Shown here piece by piece: positions 43,021 to 53,874 of a DNA stretch of 64,000 nucleotides (positions are counted from its first letter, which is position 1; every line of letters begins with the position of its first letter). The notes under the pieces were generated by a model that saw only the letters and a program-made list of their open reading frames with translations, ran no database searches and was not told where the DNA came from. Location of the stretch: the NCBI GenBank assembly GCA_963668175.1, contig OY764159.1, forward strand, positions 2,944,001-3,008,000, written 5' to 3'. The position numbers were made by a program, and so were the translations under genes. The stretch comes from Syntrophales bacterium (GTDB lineage: Bacteria; Desulfobacterota; Syntrophia; Syntrophales; PHBD01).

Positions 43021-43584
43021 ATGCGGCTGCGGATTCTCTTTCTTCTCGTCCTTCTTCTCGTCCTTCTTCTCGTCCTTCTTCTTATCCTTGCATCCGCGGC
43101 CTCGCCAGTTTACAGCATGGACAACTGCTTTCCCGGCAAGAATCGCGTCCTGTCGTCGCCGGCAGGACATGAATGGACGTGGTCGGAAAGAAAGAGCGAC
43201 CGCGACTCGCACCGCCTTCTCTATCGTGCCGCCGCCTCGGAGCCTTTCCGGGAACTGCTGGCCTTCGACCGGGAGGTCTGCATCCTCCCGTCGCCCGACA
43301 ACAAATCCTTTGCAGTCACGGACCACATCGGAAGCAATATCTCCGAAACGCTGATCTATCGTCACGACGACATTGCCCATCCGGTCCATGTCATGGATAT
43401 TTTACCTGAGAGGCTCCGCCGCATACTCTTCAAAGGTGTATCGCATTGCTATGTCAAGGCCGTTTCCTGGGATAACGGGGGGCTGACAGTCCGCGTGCAC
43501 GGCGACCGCGATCCCGATCCCCCGCGCTTCGATGTTACACTGAGATGCATGGAAAAGGACGGGACGTGGCGCTGCGAGCCGTGA
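43021..43584 (+). CDS. Hypothetical secreted protein
   Basis: RBS AGGAGG; Leu-rich signal peptide ending ASA; beta-rich mature part ('SPDNKSFAVTD'). Confidence 0.65.
   Translation: MRLRILFLLVLLLVLLLVLLLILASAASPVYSMDNCFPGKNRVLSSPAGHEWTWSERKSDRDSHRLLYRAAASEPFRELLAFDREVCILPSPDNKSFAVTDHIGSNISETLIYRHDDIAHPVHVMDILPERLRRILFKGVSHCYVKAVSWDNGGLTVRVHGDRDPDPPRFDVTLRCMEKDGTWRCEP
43042..43089 (+). repeat. 12-bp tandem repeat (CTTCTCGTCCTT)x3 plus 1 degenerate unit, in the signal peptide
   Basis: Read directly; encodes LLVL LLVL LLVL LLIL. Confidence 0.9.
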
Positions 43585-43701
43585 TGCGGCAGGCATGGCG
43601 ATGAATCCCGCCGCAGCTTCTTTCCGGCGGCAGGCGCGGCGCGTCCCTCTGATTATAATGGCTATTGCTCGCGGGAGATTTATGGCGGGCGCCGACACGG
43701 G

Positions 43702-44292
43702 CTACGTCTTGTCCGCATCCTTCCGTTCGCAGGCGAACTCGTTCTCTTCGTCCCGGTAGAAGTCGCAGGCGTTCGACAGCGCCTCCCGCAGTTTCGCCCG
43801 GGCGCGGTGGAGCCTGATCTTCGTGGCCTGGAGGCTCAAGCCGACGATGTCGGCAATCTCGCTGTCCTTGAACCCTTCCAGTTCGCTGAGGACAATGACG
43901 GACCGGTAGGAATCGGGCAGCTGATCGACGATCCCGCGGATGCAGCCGTTCATCTCCTCGCGCAGCATCTTCCTTTCGGCGGAATGCCGCCGCTCGTCCG
44001 TCCCGATCTTACCGTCTTCTTCGATTTCCGTCATCTCATCTATGGGGAGCCGCTGCGATTCGCCGCGCGACGAACGGAGCCTGTCCAGGGCCGCGTTCGT
44101 CGCTATCCGGTAAATCCAAGTCGACAAGGCCGATTCGCCCCGGAAGGCGTCCAGGCCCCGGCCGACCCTGACGAAGACCTCCTGCGTGAGGTCTTCCGCT
44201 TCGCATTCCCTGGCTATGCGGGCCACGTAGCGCAAGACCTTCGCACGGTATTCCTCGTAGATCTCCTGAAATCTCCGTTCGGATTCGTCCAT
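43702..44292 (-). CDS. ECF sigma factor with Cys-containing C-terminal tail (SigZ/CorE-like)
   Basis: 'AEDLTQEVF', 'TWIYRIATN', region 4 'EIA.IVGLS..ATKIRLHRAR'; tail 'ACDFYRDEENEFACERK'. Confidence 0.9.
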   Translation of the reverse strand: MDESERRFQEIYEEYRAKVLRYVARIARECEAEDLTQEVFVRVGRGLDAFRGESALSTWIYRIATNAALDRLRSSRGESQRLPIDEMTEIEEDGKIGTDERRHSAERKMLREEMNGCIRGIVDQLPDSYRSVIVLSELEGFKDSEIADIVGLSLQATKIRLHRARAKLREALSNACDFYRDEENEFACERKDADKT

Positions 44293-44332
44293 CCCGTCCG
44301 TCCTTTCGGTCCGTCCTTCCGGTCAGACGCGG

Positions 44333-44590
44333 TTACGAACAGCAGCAGGGCGCTTCGCGGCCGCCGCACGGCTGATCGGCCGGCTTGCCGCCGAGAAGCT
44401 TCCCCGTCAGCTTGTCCATGCTGGCGGCGGCGCCTCCCCGGACCGCCTTCCCTACCTCGACGGCCTCCATAAGCTCGCTTTTGCTTATACCATATTCCAG
44501 CGCCTTGCCGACATGATATTCTAAACAGGGATGGCAATTGGCGCCTATCGACGCACCCACTGCAATCAGCTTTTTCACCTTATCTTCCAT
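44333..44590 (-). CDS. Carboxymuconolactone decarboxylase/AhpD-family protein
   Basis: 'LIAVGASIGANCHPCLEYH'; C-terminal CGG...CCCS. Confidence 0.82.
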   Translation of the reverse strand: MEDKVKKLIAVGASIGANCHPCLEYHVGKALEYGISKSELMEAVEVGKAVRGGAAASMDKLTGKLLGGKPADQPCGGREAPCCCS

Positions 44591-44846
44591 TTCTTTTCTC
44601 CTCGCTTTTCTTGATGGTTCCGATTTCTTCCCGCAGTTCCCCGATCTCCTTTTTCATCTCGTCAAGATCGGCGTGACCCGGCCCGCCCCAGCAGCAGAAC
44701 CGCCTGCCCGGCATCCTCGACCTCATCCGGATGCACATGAAGATGCATACCGCCATGCAGAGGAGCGGCACCAGCCACCACCATCCCCACGTTCCCCACG
44801 TTCCCCACGTTCCCCACGTTCCCCATGCCCCATCCCAACACCACAT
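44580..44846 (-). CDS. Small Trp/Cys-rich membrane protein
   Basis: RBS GGAGG; MWCWDG-(WGT)4-WWW, TM 'LVPLLCMAVCIFMC', CC pair, C-terminal coiled coil. Confidence 0.65.
   Translation of the reverse strand: MWCWDGAWGTWGTWGTWGTWGWWWLVPLLCMAVCIFMCIRMRSRMPGRRFCCWGGPGHADLDEMKKEIGELREEIGTIKKSEEKRNGR
44785..44820 (-). repeat. 9-bp tandem repeat (CCCCACGTT)x4 on the + strand
   Basis: Read directly; encodes (WGT)4 on the minus strand. Confidence 0.95.
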
Positions 44847-44875
44847 AAAGCCTCCTTTCATGTTTATGAAACCGT

Positions 44876-45103
44876 TTACGACCCGTGTCGGCAGCACCCT
44901 TTTTCCTTTTTTGTGGAAATTCCAAGAAGCGTATAGGAAGGACAGAAACCGAGAACGGCCGAAAGGAGAAGCGGTACGCTCAGGACATACAGGACCGTTC
45001 CCGTCCCTCCGCCCGCAAACGTCGCCCCGGCGATAATCAGGGCGATGCCGAGGACAATCCGCACGATTCGATCCAACATACCGACATTTCCGCTTACCTT
45101 CAT
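44876..45103 (-). CDS. DUF2892 (YgaP-like) membrane protein
   Basis: 'NVGMLDRIVRIVLG', 'GFCPSYTLLGIST'; C-terminal CC; RBS AGGAGG. Confidence 0.85.
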   Translation of the reverse strand: MKVSGNVGMLDRIVRIVLGIALIIAGATFAGGGTGTVLYVLSVPLLLSAVLGFCPSYTLLGISTKKEKGCCRHGS

Positions 45104-45138
45104 TTCCGCGATCCTCCTTTCTCTCCTTTTTGACTTAT

Positions 45139-45167
45139 TAGACGTATGGCGAACCGGAAAGGATACA
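45139..45167 (-). promoter_or_regulatory. Putative ECF-type promoter
   Basis: TGTATCC-N16-CGTCTA on the minus strand, 35 bp upstream of the DUF2892 start. Confidence 0.6.
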
Positions 45168-45227
45168 TGCCTTGCGAAAACGATTGCAGGCCGGTCGGCA
45201 AACGGAAAGGAAACCCGGCGGAAGTCC

Positions 45228-45264
45228 AAAAGAAAAGGCCGGGAGCATTGCGCTTCCGGCCCTT
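45228..45264 (-). terminator. Intrinsic terminator after flavoprotein 45292-46812
   Basis: GGCCGGAAGC..GCTCCCGGCC hairpin followed by TTTTCTTTT on the minus strand. Confidence 0.65.
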
Positions 45265-45291
45265 GTTTCATGTATCGGTTGAACTATTTTT

Positions 45292-46812
45292 CTAGCGTTT
45301 CTTGCCCTTGGCCTTCGCCGCGGCAGGCGCTTTCGCCATCGCCGCCGCTTCCGCACCGGCTATGCGACCCATGACGAGGCAGTTCGCAAGCGACGCCCCG
45401 CCGATATAGTCGTCGTAATAGAGGCCGCCCGCGCATTCCCCGGCCGCAAAGAGTCCGGGAATGACGGTGCCGTCCGCTTCCTGGGCCTGCGCCTTCTCGT
45501 TGATCCTGATCCCGCCGAAGGTCAGCGTGATGCCGGGTGAGAGCGGATAGAAGGCGTAGAACTTGGGCGTCCCGATCTTGAAAGCGAAGGCCGTTTTCGG
45601 CGGCTTCGCATCGAGGGCCTTCCCGTCCTTGACCACCGCGTTGAAATCGGCCACGGTTTTCTCCAGGGCGGCCGCCGGTACGCCGATCTTCCCTGCCAGT
45701 TCGGCCAGGGTGTTCGCTTCGACGATGTCGATTCCGAGGCCGGCAAACTGCGAGACCGCCGCGGAAACGCCGGACTGCTTCTTCAGTTCTTCGTCGAAGA
45801 TCATGGCCACGGTCTGCCCCGGCTGGCTCATCGAGGCCTTGCCGTTCGCCACGTAGCCCAACGATTCGTCGACGTAGCGGTTTCCGGCCTTGTTGATGCC
45901 CAGGGTATAGGCGATCGCCATGAAGGGGTTGCCGGCGGACGTGTTCTTCGGCGAAACGGCGGCGACGTGCACGGACGCCATACCGCCCATGTTGACCCAC
46001 ATGGCCCCTGCTTCTCGGGCCATCGTCAGGCCGTCGCCCGTGGCGTACTTCACGCCCCGGACCATCATCTCGTCGGCGTCGGGATCGACGAAGGTTTCCA
46101 GGAACTCCTTGTTGCCCCCGTAGCCGCCCGCCGCGATGATCACGGCATCGGCCATGTAGTCCTTGAGCGCCTTGCCGTCCATCGCCCGGACGCCGACGAC
46201 GGCGCCGCTGTCGTTCATGATGAGCTGCTTGGCCTTCGTGTTGTAGCAAATCTTGCCGCCCTTCTTCGCCAGCGTGTTCCGGAGGGCTTCCAGTCCCTTG
46301 GGCATGCCTTTATAGGCCGACGGCTTGAAGATGACGCACTTCACGCGGTAACCCGCCACCGTGACCGGCGGGGTCAGATCCGCACCCTGGGCCGCCAGCC
46401 ACTCGACCGCATCCAGCGTCTGGTCGGCGAGCACACGGGAAAGGACCTTGTTGCCCTTGCCGCTGCTCTTCTTCATGAAGTCTTCGTAGTATTCGTCTTT
46501 CGCCGCCTGGCTGTTCTCTCTCGGAATGGCGATGAGGCCGCCCGCCAGCTTCGAGTTGCCGCCGACGACATCCTCGCCCATCTTCTCCAGGACGGCGACC
46601 TTCGCTCCCGAATTGGCGGCCGACACCGCGGCGGCCATACCGGCCATGCCCGTCCCGATGACGACGACGTTATAGGATTCGCTCTTGGCCGCTTTCGGGA
46701 GAAGGGCCGCATCCGCCATGTCGATCTTGCCTAACGCCAGAAAACCGGCGCCAAGGCCTACGCCCTTGAGAAACTGTCTCCTGTCGACAGAACCTTTCTT
46801 CTTTTCTTCCAT
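45292..46812 (-). CDS. Tat-exported FAD-dependent oxidoreductase (flavocytochrome c/TcuA-like flavin subunit)
   Basis: 'VDRRQFLKG' Tat motif; 'VIGTGMAG', 'AAGGYG', 'TGDG', 'ITLTFGGIRIN', 'GLFAAGE'. Confidence 0.85.
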   Translation of the reverse strand: MEEKKKGSVDRRQFLKGVGLGAGFLALGKIDMADAALLPKAAKSESYNVVVIGTGMAGMAAAVSAANSGAKVAVLEKMGEDVVGGNSKLAGGLIAIPRENSQAAKDEYYEDFMKKSSGKGNKVLSRVLADQTLDAVEWLAAQGADLTPPVTVAGYRVKCVIFKPSAYKGMPKGLEALRNTLAKKGGKICYNTKAKQLIMNDSGAVVGVRAMDGKALKDYMADAVIIAAGGYGGNKEFLETFVDPDADEMMVRGVKYATGDGLTMAREAGAMWVNMGGMASVHVAAVSPKNTSAGNPFMAIAYTLGINKAGNRYVDESLGYVANGKASMSQPGQTVAMIFDEELKKQSGVSAAVSQFAGLGIDIVEANTLAELAGKIGVPAAALEKTVADFNAVVKDGKALDAKPPKTAFAFKIGTPKFYAFYPLSPGITLTFGGIRINEKAQAQEADGTVIPGLFAAGECAGGLYYDDYIGGASLANCLVMGRIAGAEAAAMAKAPAAAKAKGKKR

Positions 46813-47268
46813 GGAAACCTCCTTTTTCGTGTTACGGGTTGATTTTCACTCTACGTCATATACTTGCTGCAGCGGCCGTACCGGACCGCTTTCCCCGCAC
46901 CGCCGGCAACAGGATAAATTCCGGGCAGAAGGGGGAGAGGATACATACAGAAATAACCGTATAAAACCGGGTGAGGCAAGCCATCATTGTCAAGCGGCAA
47001 CATAGATTCCCGAGCGGCAAAATTCGCAGGATATTTGGGCATAAACGTTCGTGCATGTACTCGACGGCAGCGCCGTTGGGCATGCGACAACGCGCCGGTT
47101 GAGGCGATGCCGCTGCTCCCGGTGCCTGGTCGTTTCAGCGCTTTATCGTGTTATGCCTTTTTCGAACCGCCTCCTGCCTACCGGCCCTCGCCTATTCTCC
47201 TTAAAACACATACCGTCGGAATGCTTCGATCTCCGTTCTGTCGATTTTCGCGTTTTATGGAGAAACTT

Positions 47269-47301
47269 AAAGAGGCTGCGGTTTTCCTCCGCAGCCTCTT
47301 T
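47269..47301. terminator. Terminator after flavoprotein 47314-48807
   Basis: Perfect 13-bp inverted repeat AAAGAGGCTGCGG / CCGCAGCCTCTTT. Confidence 0.75.
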
Positions 47302-47313
47302 CGATCGTTTGAA

Positions 47314-48807
47314 TTACTTGGAAACCAGGATGCTCTTTACGGCCAGGCGCCCGAAGATCAGGGCCTTGCCGAAGGCCGTACCCGTCATGTAGGCGGCGCC
47401 GTGGACGCCTCCCACGATCTCTCCCGCCGCGTATACGCCGGGAACGACATCCCCGTAGATGTTGAGGATCTGGGCTTTTTCGTTGGTTCGGATGCCGCCG
47501 TAGGTCCCGAGGATGAAGGCCGTCGAGATCATCGCGTAGTAGGGCGGCTTGTCGATCTTGACCGGCTTGCCGAAGGCGGCCACCAGGGTGTTCCTGCTGA
47601 ACAGGGGGTCCGACCCCTTGTCAACGTTGGCGTTGTATTCATTCACCGTGGCTTCGAGAACCGCCGGGGCGATGCCGATGGCGGAGGCGAGTTCGCCGAT
47701 GGTGTTCGCCTGCTTGATCCGCCCCTTTTTCTCCAGGGATTCCGTTTTTGCCAGCTGGTCCTTGTTGGCCTCGGCGCGGATGGCCGAGTCGTAGATCTGG
47801 TAGCCGACGGCCTCGGGCTGTACCAGGGCCGCATCGCCGACCAGCTTATAGGAGATCGATTCGTTGACGAAGCGCTTGCCCGCCTTGTTCACGACGATCG
47901 CGCCCTTGTAATAGACGAGGGCGAAATCGGCCATCGTCGAGGCCTCCGTATCGAAGCCGAAGGTCGCCTTGATGTAGGGCATGTCGAGGAGGTCCGCGCC
48001 GGACGCCCAGGCCATCTTCAGGCCGTCGCCGTTGCAGCCCAGGCCGACCATGGCCTTGGCCTTCGCCATGGGGGGCACGAACTTCGCCAGGAGCTCCGCG
48101 TTGCGGGAGAAACCGCCGCTCGCCAGGATGACGCCCTTCTTGGCCCCGTAGTAGCTGACCTTTCCGCCCTTCTCCACCGTTACGCCCCGGACCTTACCGG
48201 TCTTCTCGTCGAGTACGAGCTTGGAAGCCGCCCTGTCGAGGAATATTTTGGCGCCTTTCGCCTTCGCCGCATCGCCCAGGACCTTGATGACTTCGCTGGG
48301 AGTCACGTAATGGGAGCGGGGCACGCTCATGCCGCTCGCGATTCCCAGGCCCTTGAATACGACGCCCAGTTCCTTGAGCCATTTGTAGGTATCGAGCTGA
48401 TTATCGATATAGGCCTTGACCAGCGCCGGGTCGTTGACGTTTTCACCGACTTTGAAAAGGTCCTTGCTGAAGAGCTCATTTGAATCCTGAATGTTCTTGG
48501 CGGCCTGCATATCCGTTCCCGCAAACGCCAGCGCCCCGCCGCAGATGAGGCTGCTTCCCCCCATCGCCGGCGTCTTCTCCAGGACGACGACCTTGGCGCC
48601 GCTCGATGCGGCCGCAGTCGCCGCCGAGAGTCCCGCGCCGCCCGCACCGACGATAACGATATCCACGTCCATGTCCCATTTCTTCGGCACCTTGGCGAAG
48701 GCGTCCTTCATGTCGAACGTCGTCAACATGGCCGCCGCACCGGCACCGGCCGTTGCCATCTTAATGAAACTCCTTCTGTTCAACCCTTTCTTTCCTTCAT
48801 TCTCCAT
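47314..48807 (-). CDS. Tat-exported flavocytochrome c flavin subunit-like oxidoreductase
   Basis: 'LNRRSFIK' Tat motif; 'VGAGGAGL', 'GKRFVNE', 'YAAGEIVGGVHG'; RBS GAGGAGG. Confidence 0.87.
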   Translation of the reverse strand: MENEGKKGLNRRSFIKMATAGAGAAAMLTTFDMKDAFAKVPKKWDMDVDIVIVGAGGAGLSAATAAASSGAKVVVLEKTPAMGGSSLICGGALAFAGTDMQAAKNIQDSNELFSKDLFKVGENVNDPALVKAYIDNQLDTYKWLKELGVVFKGLGIASGMSVPRSHYVTPSEVIKVLGDAAKAKGAKIFLDRAASKLVLDEKTGKVRGVTVEKGGKVSYYGAKKGVILASGGFSRNAELLAKFVPPMAKAKAMVGLGCNGDGLKMAWASGADLLDMPYIKATFGFDTEASTMADFALVYYKGAIVVNKAGKRFVNESISYKLVGDAALVQPEAVGYQIYDSAIRAEANKDQLAKTESLEKKGRIKQANTIGELASAIGIAPAVLEATVNEYNANVDKGSDPLFSRNTLVAAFGKPVKIDKPPYYAMISTAFILGTYGGIRTNEKAQILNIYGDVVPGVYAAGEIVGGVHGAAYMTGTAFGKALIFGRLAVKSILVSK

Positions 48808-49071
48808 CTGGTATTCCTCCTCGAAATTGCGTGTGATAGTGCTCATACAGTCTAACATTCACTGCTATATAAGATATACTCCTGACTCGCGGGTTCCTTT
48901 TCCTGCTTCGGCAGCATCGCTGCCTCCATGAAGGCTCCATTGAATACAAGATTGTATATACTTTAAGCTGAAGGTTGCACGGCGTCAAGGGAAATTTCCG
49001 AATGACATGAAGTATTTTCTCCCGTTTTGCCTTATCCCGTGGCCTGACCGACTTTCACAAAACACGCCTTT

Positions 49072-49116
49072 AAAAAAAACGAAGGGGCAGGATGCCTGTC
49101 GCCTGCCCCGTTTCTT
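49072..49116 (-). terminator. Terminator downstream of the alpha/beta hydrolase
   Basis: GGGGCAGG...CCTGCCCC inverted repeat with an A-run on the left (U-run on the minus strand). Confidence 0.55.
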
Positions 49117-49180
49117 CCCGATTCGTCGTACCATTCCGCTCTTCTCCGGCCGGTTTTCCAGCGTTTTACAGGCGGCTCCG

Positions 49181-49990
49181 TCACTTCCGGCAGTTTCCGG
49201 CGAGCCACCGGACGGTCTCCATGTAATCCTTCATGCCCTGGAAAAAGATGTCGTTGTGGTTCGCTCCGGGTATCTTCAGAAGTTTCTTGATCGCCGCGGG
49301 CGATCTTTCGTACAGCGCCTGCCCGTCGGAGTACGGAATGATCTGGTCGTATTCGGCATGGATAACGAGCGTCGGTCCGCCGTAGGCGGCGATCTTGTCG
49401 ATGTTCCGGAACCCCTGCTCCTCGGTCAGGCCGAGCATCTGGAGGTTGACCCCCATGAGTTGCAGGAGCGGCCCTGTGTAGGCGAAACCGCTTTCGATAA
49501 TCAGGCCGCCGATCCTGTCGCGGTAATGGGCGGCCAGTTCCAGCGCCGAGGCGCTTCCCAGGGACCGTCCCATGACGATCAGGGGGCCGGTGAAGCCGTT
49601 CTTCTCCAGCCAGTCGAGGGTATGGGCGAAGATGACATGGCTGTCCCGCATCATGGAGGTGATGGTGGGCATGCCGGTGGAACGGCCGTATCCCCGGTAT
49701 TCGACGGGATAGAAATGAAGGCCCGCTTCGGTAAAGAGCCCGGCGATGTCGTCGTAGTCGGCCACGATCTCGCCGTTGCCGTGGAAAAAGAGGATCGCGG
49801 GTGCGGTTTTATCGGCAGCCCTGTGGAACCGGGAGCCGACGACGATGCCGTTTTCGACGGGGATCAGCATGACGCCGTCGCTGTCCTCGGGGTTGGCGAG
49901 GGCCGTCCATTCGGGACGGGGATAGAAGACGAACCGGGCGATCTCCCAGCGGTCATAATCCGAGTAGTCGATCTTGGAGAGGTCTATCAT
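49181..49990 (-). CDS. Alpha/beta hydrolase
   Basis: 'FFHGNGE', 'YRGYGRSTG', nucleophile 'GRSLG', 'GANHND'. Confidence 0.9.
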   Translation of the reverse strand: MIDLSKIDYSDYDRWEIARFVFYPRPEWTALANPEDSDGVMLIPVENGIVVGSRFHRAADKTAPAILFFHGNGEIVADYDDIAGLFTEAGLHFYPVEYRGYGRSTGMPTITSMMRDSHVIFAHTLDWLEKNGFTGPLIVMGRSLGSASALELAAHYRDRIGGLIIESGFAYTGPLLQLMGVNLQMLGLTEEQGFRNIDKIAAYGGPTLVIHAEYDQIIPYSDGQALYERSPAAIKKLLKIPGANHNDIFFQGMKDYMETVRWLAGNCRK

Positions 49991-50045
49991 GACGGGTTAC
50001 CTGTGCTTTCTATGAGATTAGCGGTGTGGGATGCGGGGGAAGGAT

Positions 50046-50462
50046 TCACGCCCAGACGTCGATCATGCTCCCTTTGGGATAAGAAACGTCCCCGAGATTG
50101 GCTACGGAAGTTCCCGCCTGGACGCCGGCCTGGCTGCTGTACTGCTTAAGCGCATATACGGCCGGGACCGAGGCCGCCGCCGCGGACTTGCCGCTCTTCG
50201 CGTTCTCGCCGGCCGTTTGTTTCGCGGGAGGCGGCGGCTTTCCCTGGCCGCTCTCTTCCTGCCGCCCCCGGTCGTCCGCCTTGGCCGAGGACCAGCCGTT
50301 GATGTCGACGACGTCGTCCGGAAGCTGCGGGGGTACCGGCACCAGGACGTTTCCTGTGTCCCGGCCTTTTCCTATGTCAACAGAGCGTTTTTCGTATCCT
50401 TCTCCGATTGCCGGCGTGGAGCCCTGTTCGTATCGGGCCGGCAAGGAGGCTTCGATCTTCAT
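50046..50462 (-). CDS. Hypothetical low-complexity protein
   Basis: 138-aa ORF filling the gap between genes; ends 'KGSMIDVWA'; no family recognised. Confidence 0.45.
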   Translation of the reverse strand: MKIEASLPARYEQGSTPAIGEGYEKRSVDIGKGRDTGNVLVPVPPQLPDDVVDINGWSSAKADDRGRQEESGQGKPPPPAKQTAGENAKSGKSAAAASVPAVYALKQYSSQAGVQAGTSVANLGDVSYPKGSMIDVWA

Positions 50463-50669
50463 ATATCCCCGGCATGGTGAGGCAAACTATATGTCCGATC
50501 ATCGCGATAAACTCCGCACCTTTATCGTAAATTACATGCTAAAATCTCAACTTGTCAACAGATATTTCAGGCTTTTTTCTTCGGAAATCTCTTGACTTTG
50601 AAAGGGCGATTACGATAAACAGCGCAGACGTCTTGAAAGGACGGAAAGCACTATTCGAAAGGAGTTTCC

Positions 50670-52757
<2,088 letters not shown>

Positions 52758-52758
52758 C

Positions 52759-53247
52759 ATGATCCGCGCCGGCGTCATCACGATGAGCGACAAGGGTTCC
52801 CGCGGCGAGCGCGAAGATTTAAGCGGCGCGGAAATCGTGAGGATGCTTGCCGGAGTAGGCATTCAGGCGGAAGCGACGGTCATCGTTCCCGACGAAACGG
52901 AGCGGATCAAAGAGGCGCTCATCGACTTCGCCGATGTCAAGCGCCTCGATCTGATCGTCACGACGGGGGGCACCGGCGTAAGCCCCCGGGACGTGACGCC
53001 CGACGCGACGCTCGCCGTCATCGACCGCGAAGTCCCCGGCATGGCGGAGGCCATGCGCGCCAGGAGCATCGCCGTCACACCCCACGCCATGATCTCCCGG
53101 GCCGTCGTCGGCATCCGGGGCCGCACTCTCATCGTGAACCTGCCGGGCAGCCCCAAGAGCGTCCGGGAAAACCTGGCCGTCATCCTGCCCGCCCTCCCCC
53201 ACGCCATCGAAAAGATCAAGGGCGACGAGACCGAATGCGCCCAATGA
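52759..53247 (+). CDS. mog: Molybdopterin adenylyltransferase (MogA/MoaB)
   Basis: 'TMSDKG...REDLSG', 'TTGGTG..PRDVTPDAT', 'NLPGSPK'. Confidence 0.9.
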   Translation: MIRAGVITMSDKGSRGEREDLSGAEIVRMLAGVGIQAEATVIVPDETERIKEALIDFADVKRLDLIVTTGGTGVSPRDVTPDATLAVIDREVPGMAEAMRARSIAVTPHAMISRAVVGIRGRTLIVNLPGSPKSVRENLAVILPALPHAIEKIKGDETECAQ

Positions 53248-53743
53248 GGCCGCTCCTGGCGTGTTCGCCGTGCGTTCCCGGCCAGTATACGGAGCGGCAG
53301 GCGGGGCATCTGCGGAAGTTCCGCTGGTTCTCGAAGACATAGACGGGAACCAGGCCTTCGGCATCTTCATGCCGCATGGCTTCGAGAGGTTCGTTGCACC
53401 TGAGGCACAGACGGAAGAATCGGTCCGGATCGGCCTTAAGACCGAAGGCGTCGAACACTTCCATCAGCTGATCCTCAAGCTTGTCCGCCCGGACGACGAG
53501 CAGCCGCCCCTGGTATTGCCTCGCCGCCAACGCCCTCACCCGGGTCAGGGCCACCCGTCCTTCCCGCCCGGCCGAGAGCAAAAAGACGCCGTCCGCCCTT
53601 TCCCCATAAAGCGCCGTGTCGTAACCCAGGATGCGCAGCCACTTGGCCAGCCTGCCCACCGTGGCGTCGGCGGCGAATCTTACCTCCGCCTCCGTTTCGT
53701 CACCTTCCGTCCGACCTTTGCGCCCGATGCTGTCTTTCGACAT
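53216..53743 (-). CDS. Mut7-C RNase domain protein (DUF82)
   Basis: 'DATVGRLAKWLRILGYDT', 'LTR', zinc ribbon 'CLRCN...CPAC..VYWPGTH'. Confidence 0.85.
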   Translation of the reverse strand: MSKDSIGRKGRTEGDETEAEVRFAADATVGRLAKWLRILGYDTALYGERADGVFLLSAGREGRVALTRVRALAARQYQGRLLVVRADKLEDQLMEVFDAFGLKADPDRFFRLCLRCNEPLEAMRHEDAEGLVPVYVFENQRNFRRCPACRSVYWPGTHGEHARSGLIGRIRSRRP

Positions 53744-53874
53744 CCTTCGTCCTCCTCTTCTTGATAAAAGATAACGCGTCCGGGGAGCCCCCGCAACGGA
53801 AATCTGTTTTATTAACGGGAACATTATGGTATAACAAAGACCATATAAATGGCAGACGGGAAGGCTACGACCTT

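Noticed and set aside
53216..53743. Mut7-C/PIN-like RNase as a toxin-antitoxin toxin
   Set aside because: No adjacent antitoxin-like gene; host-like composition in a core-gene context
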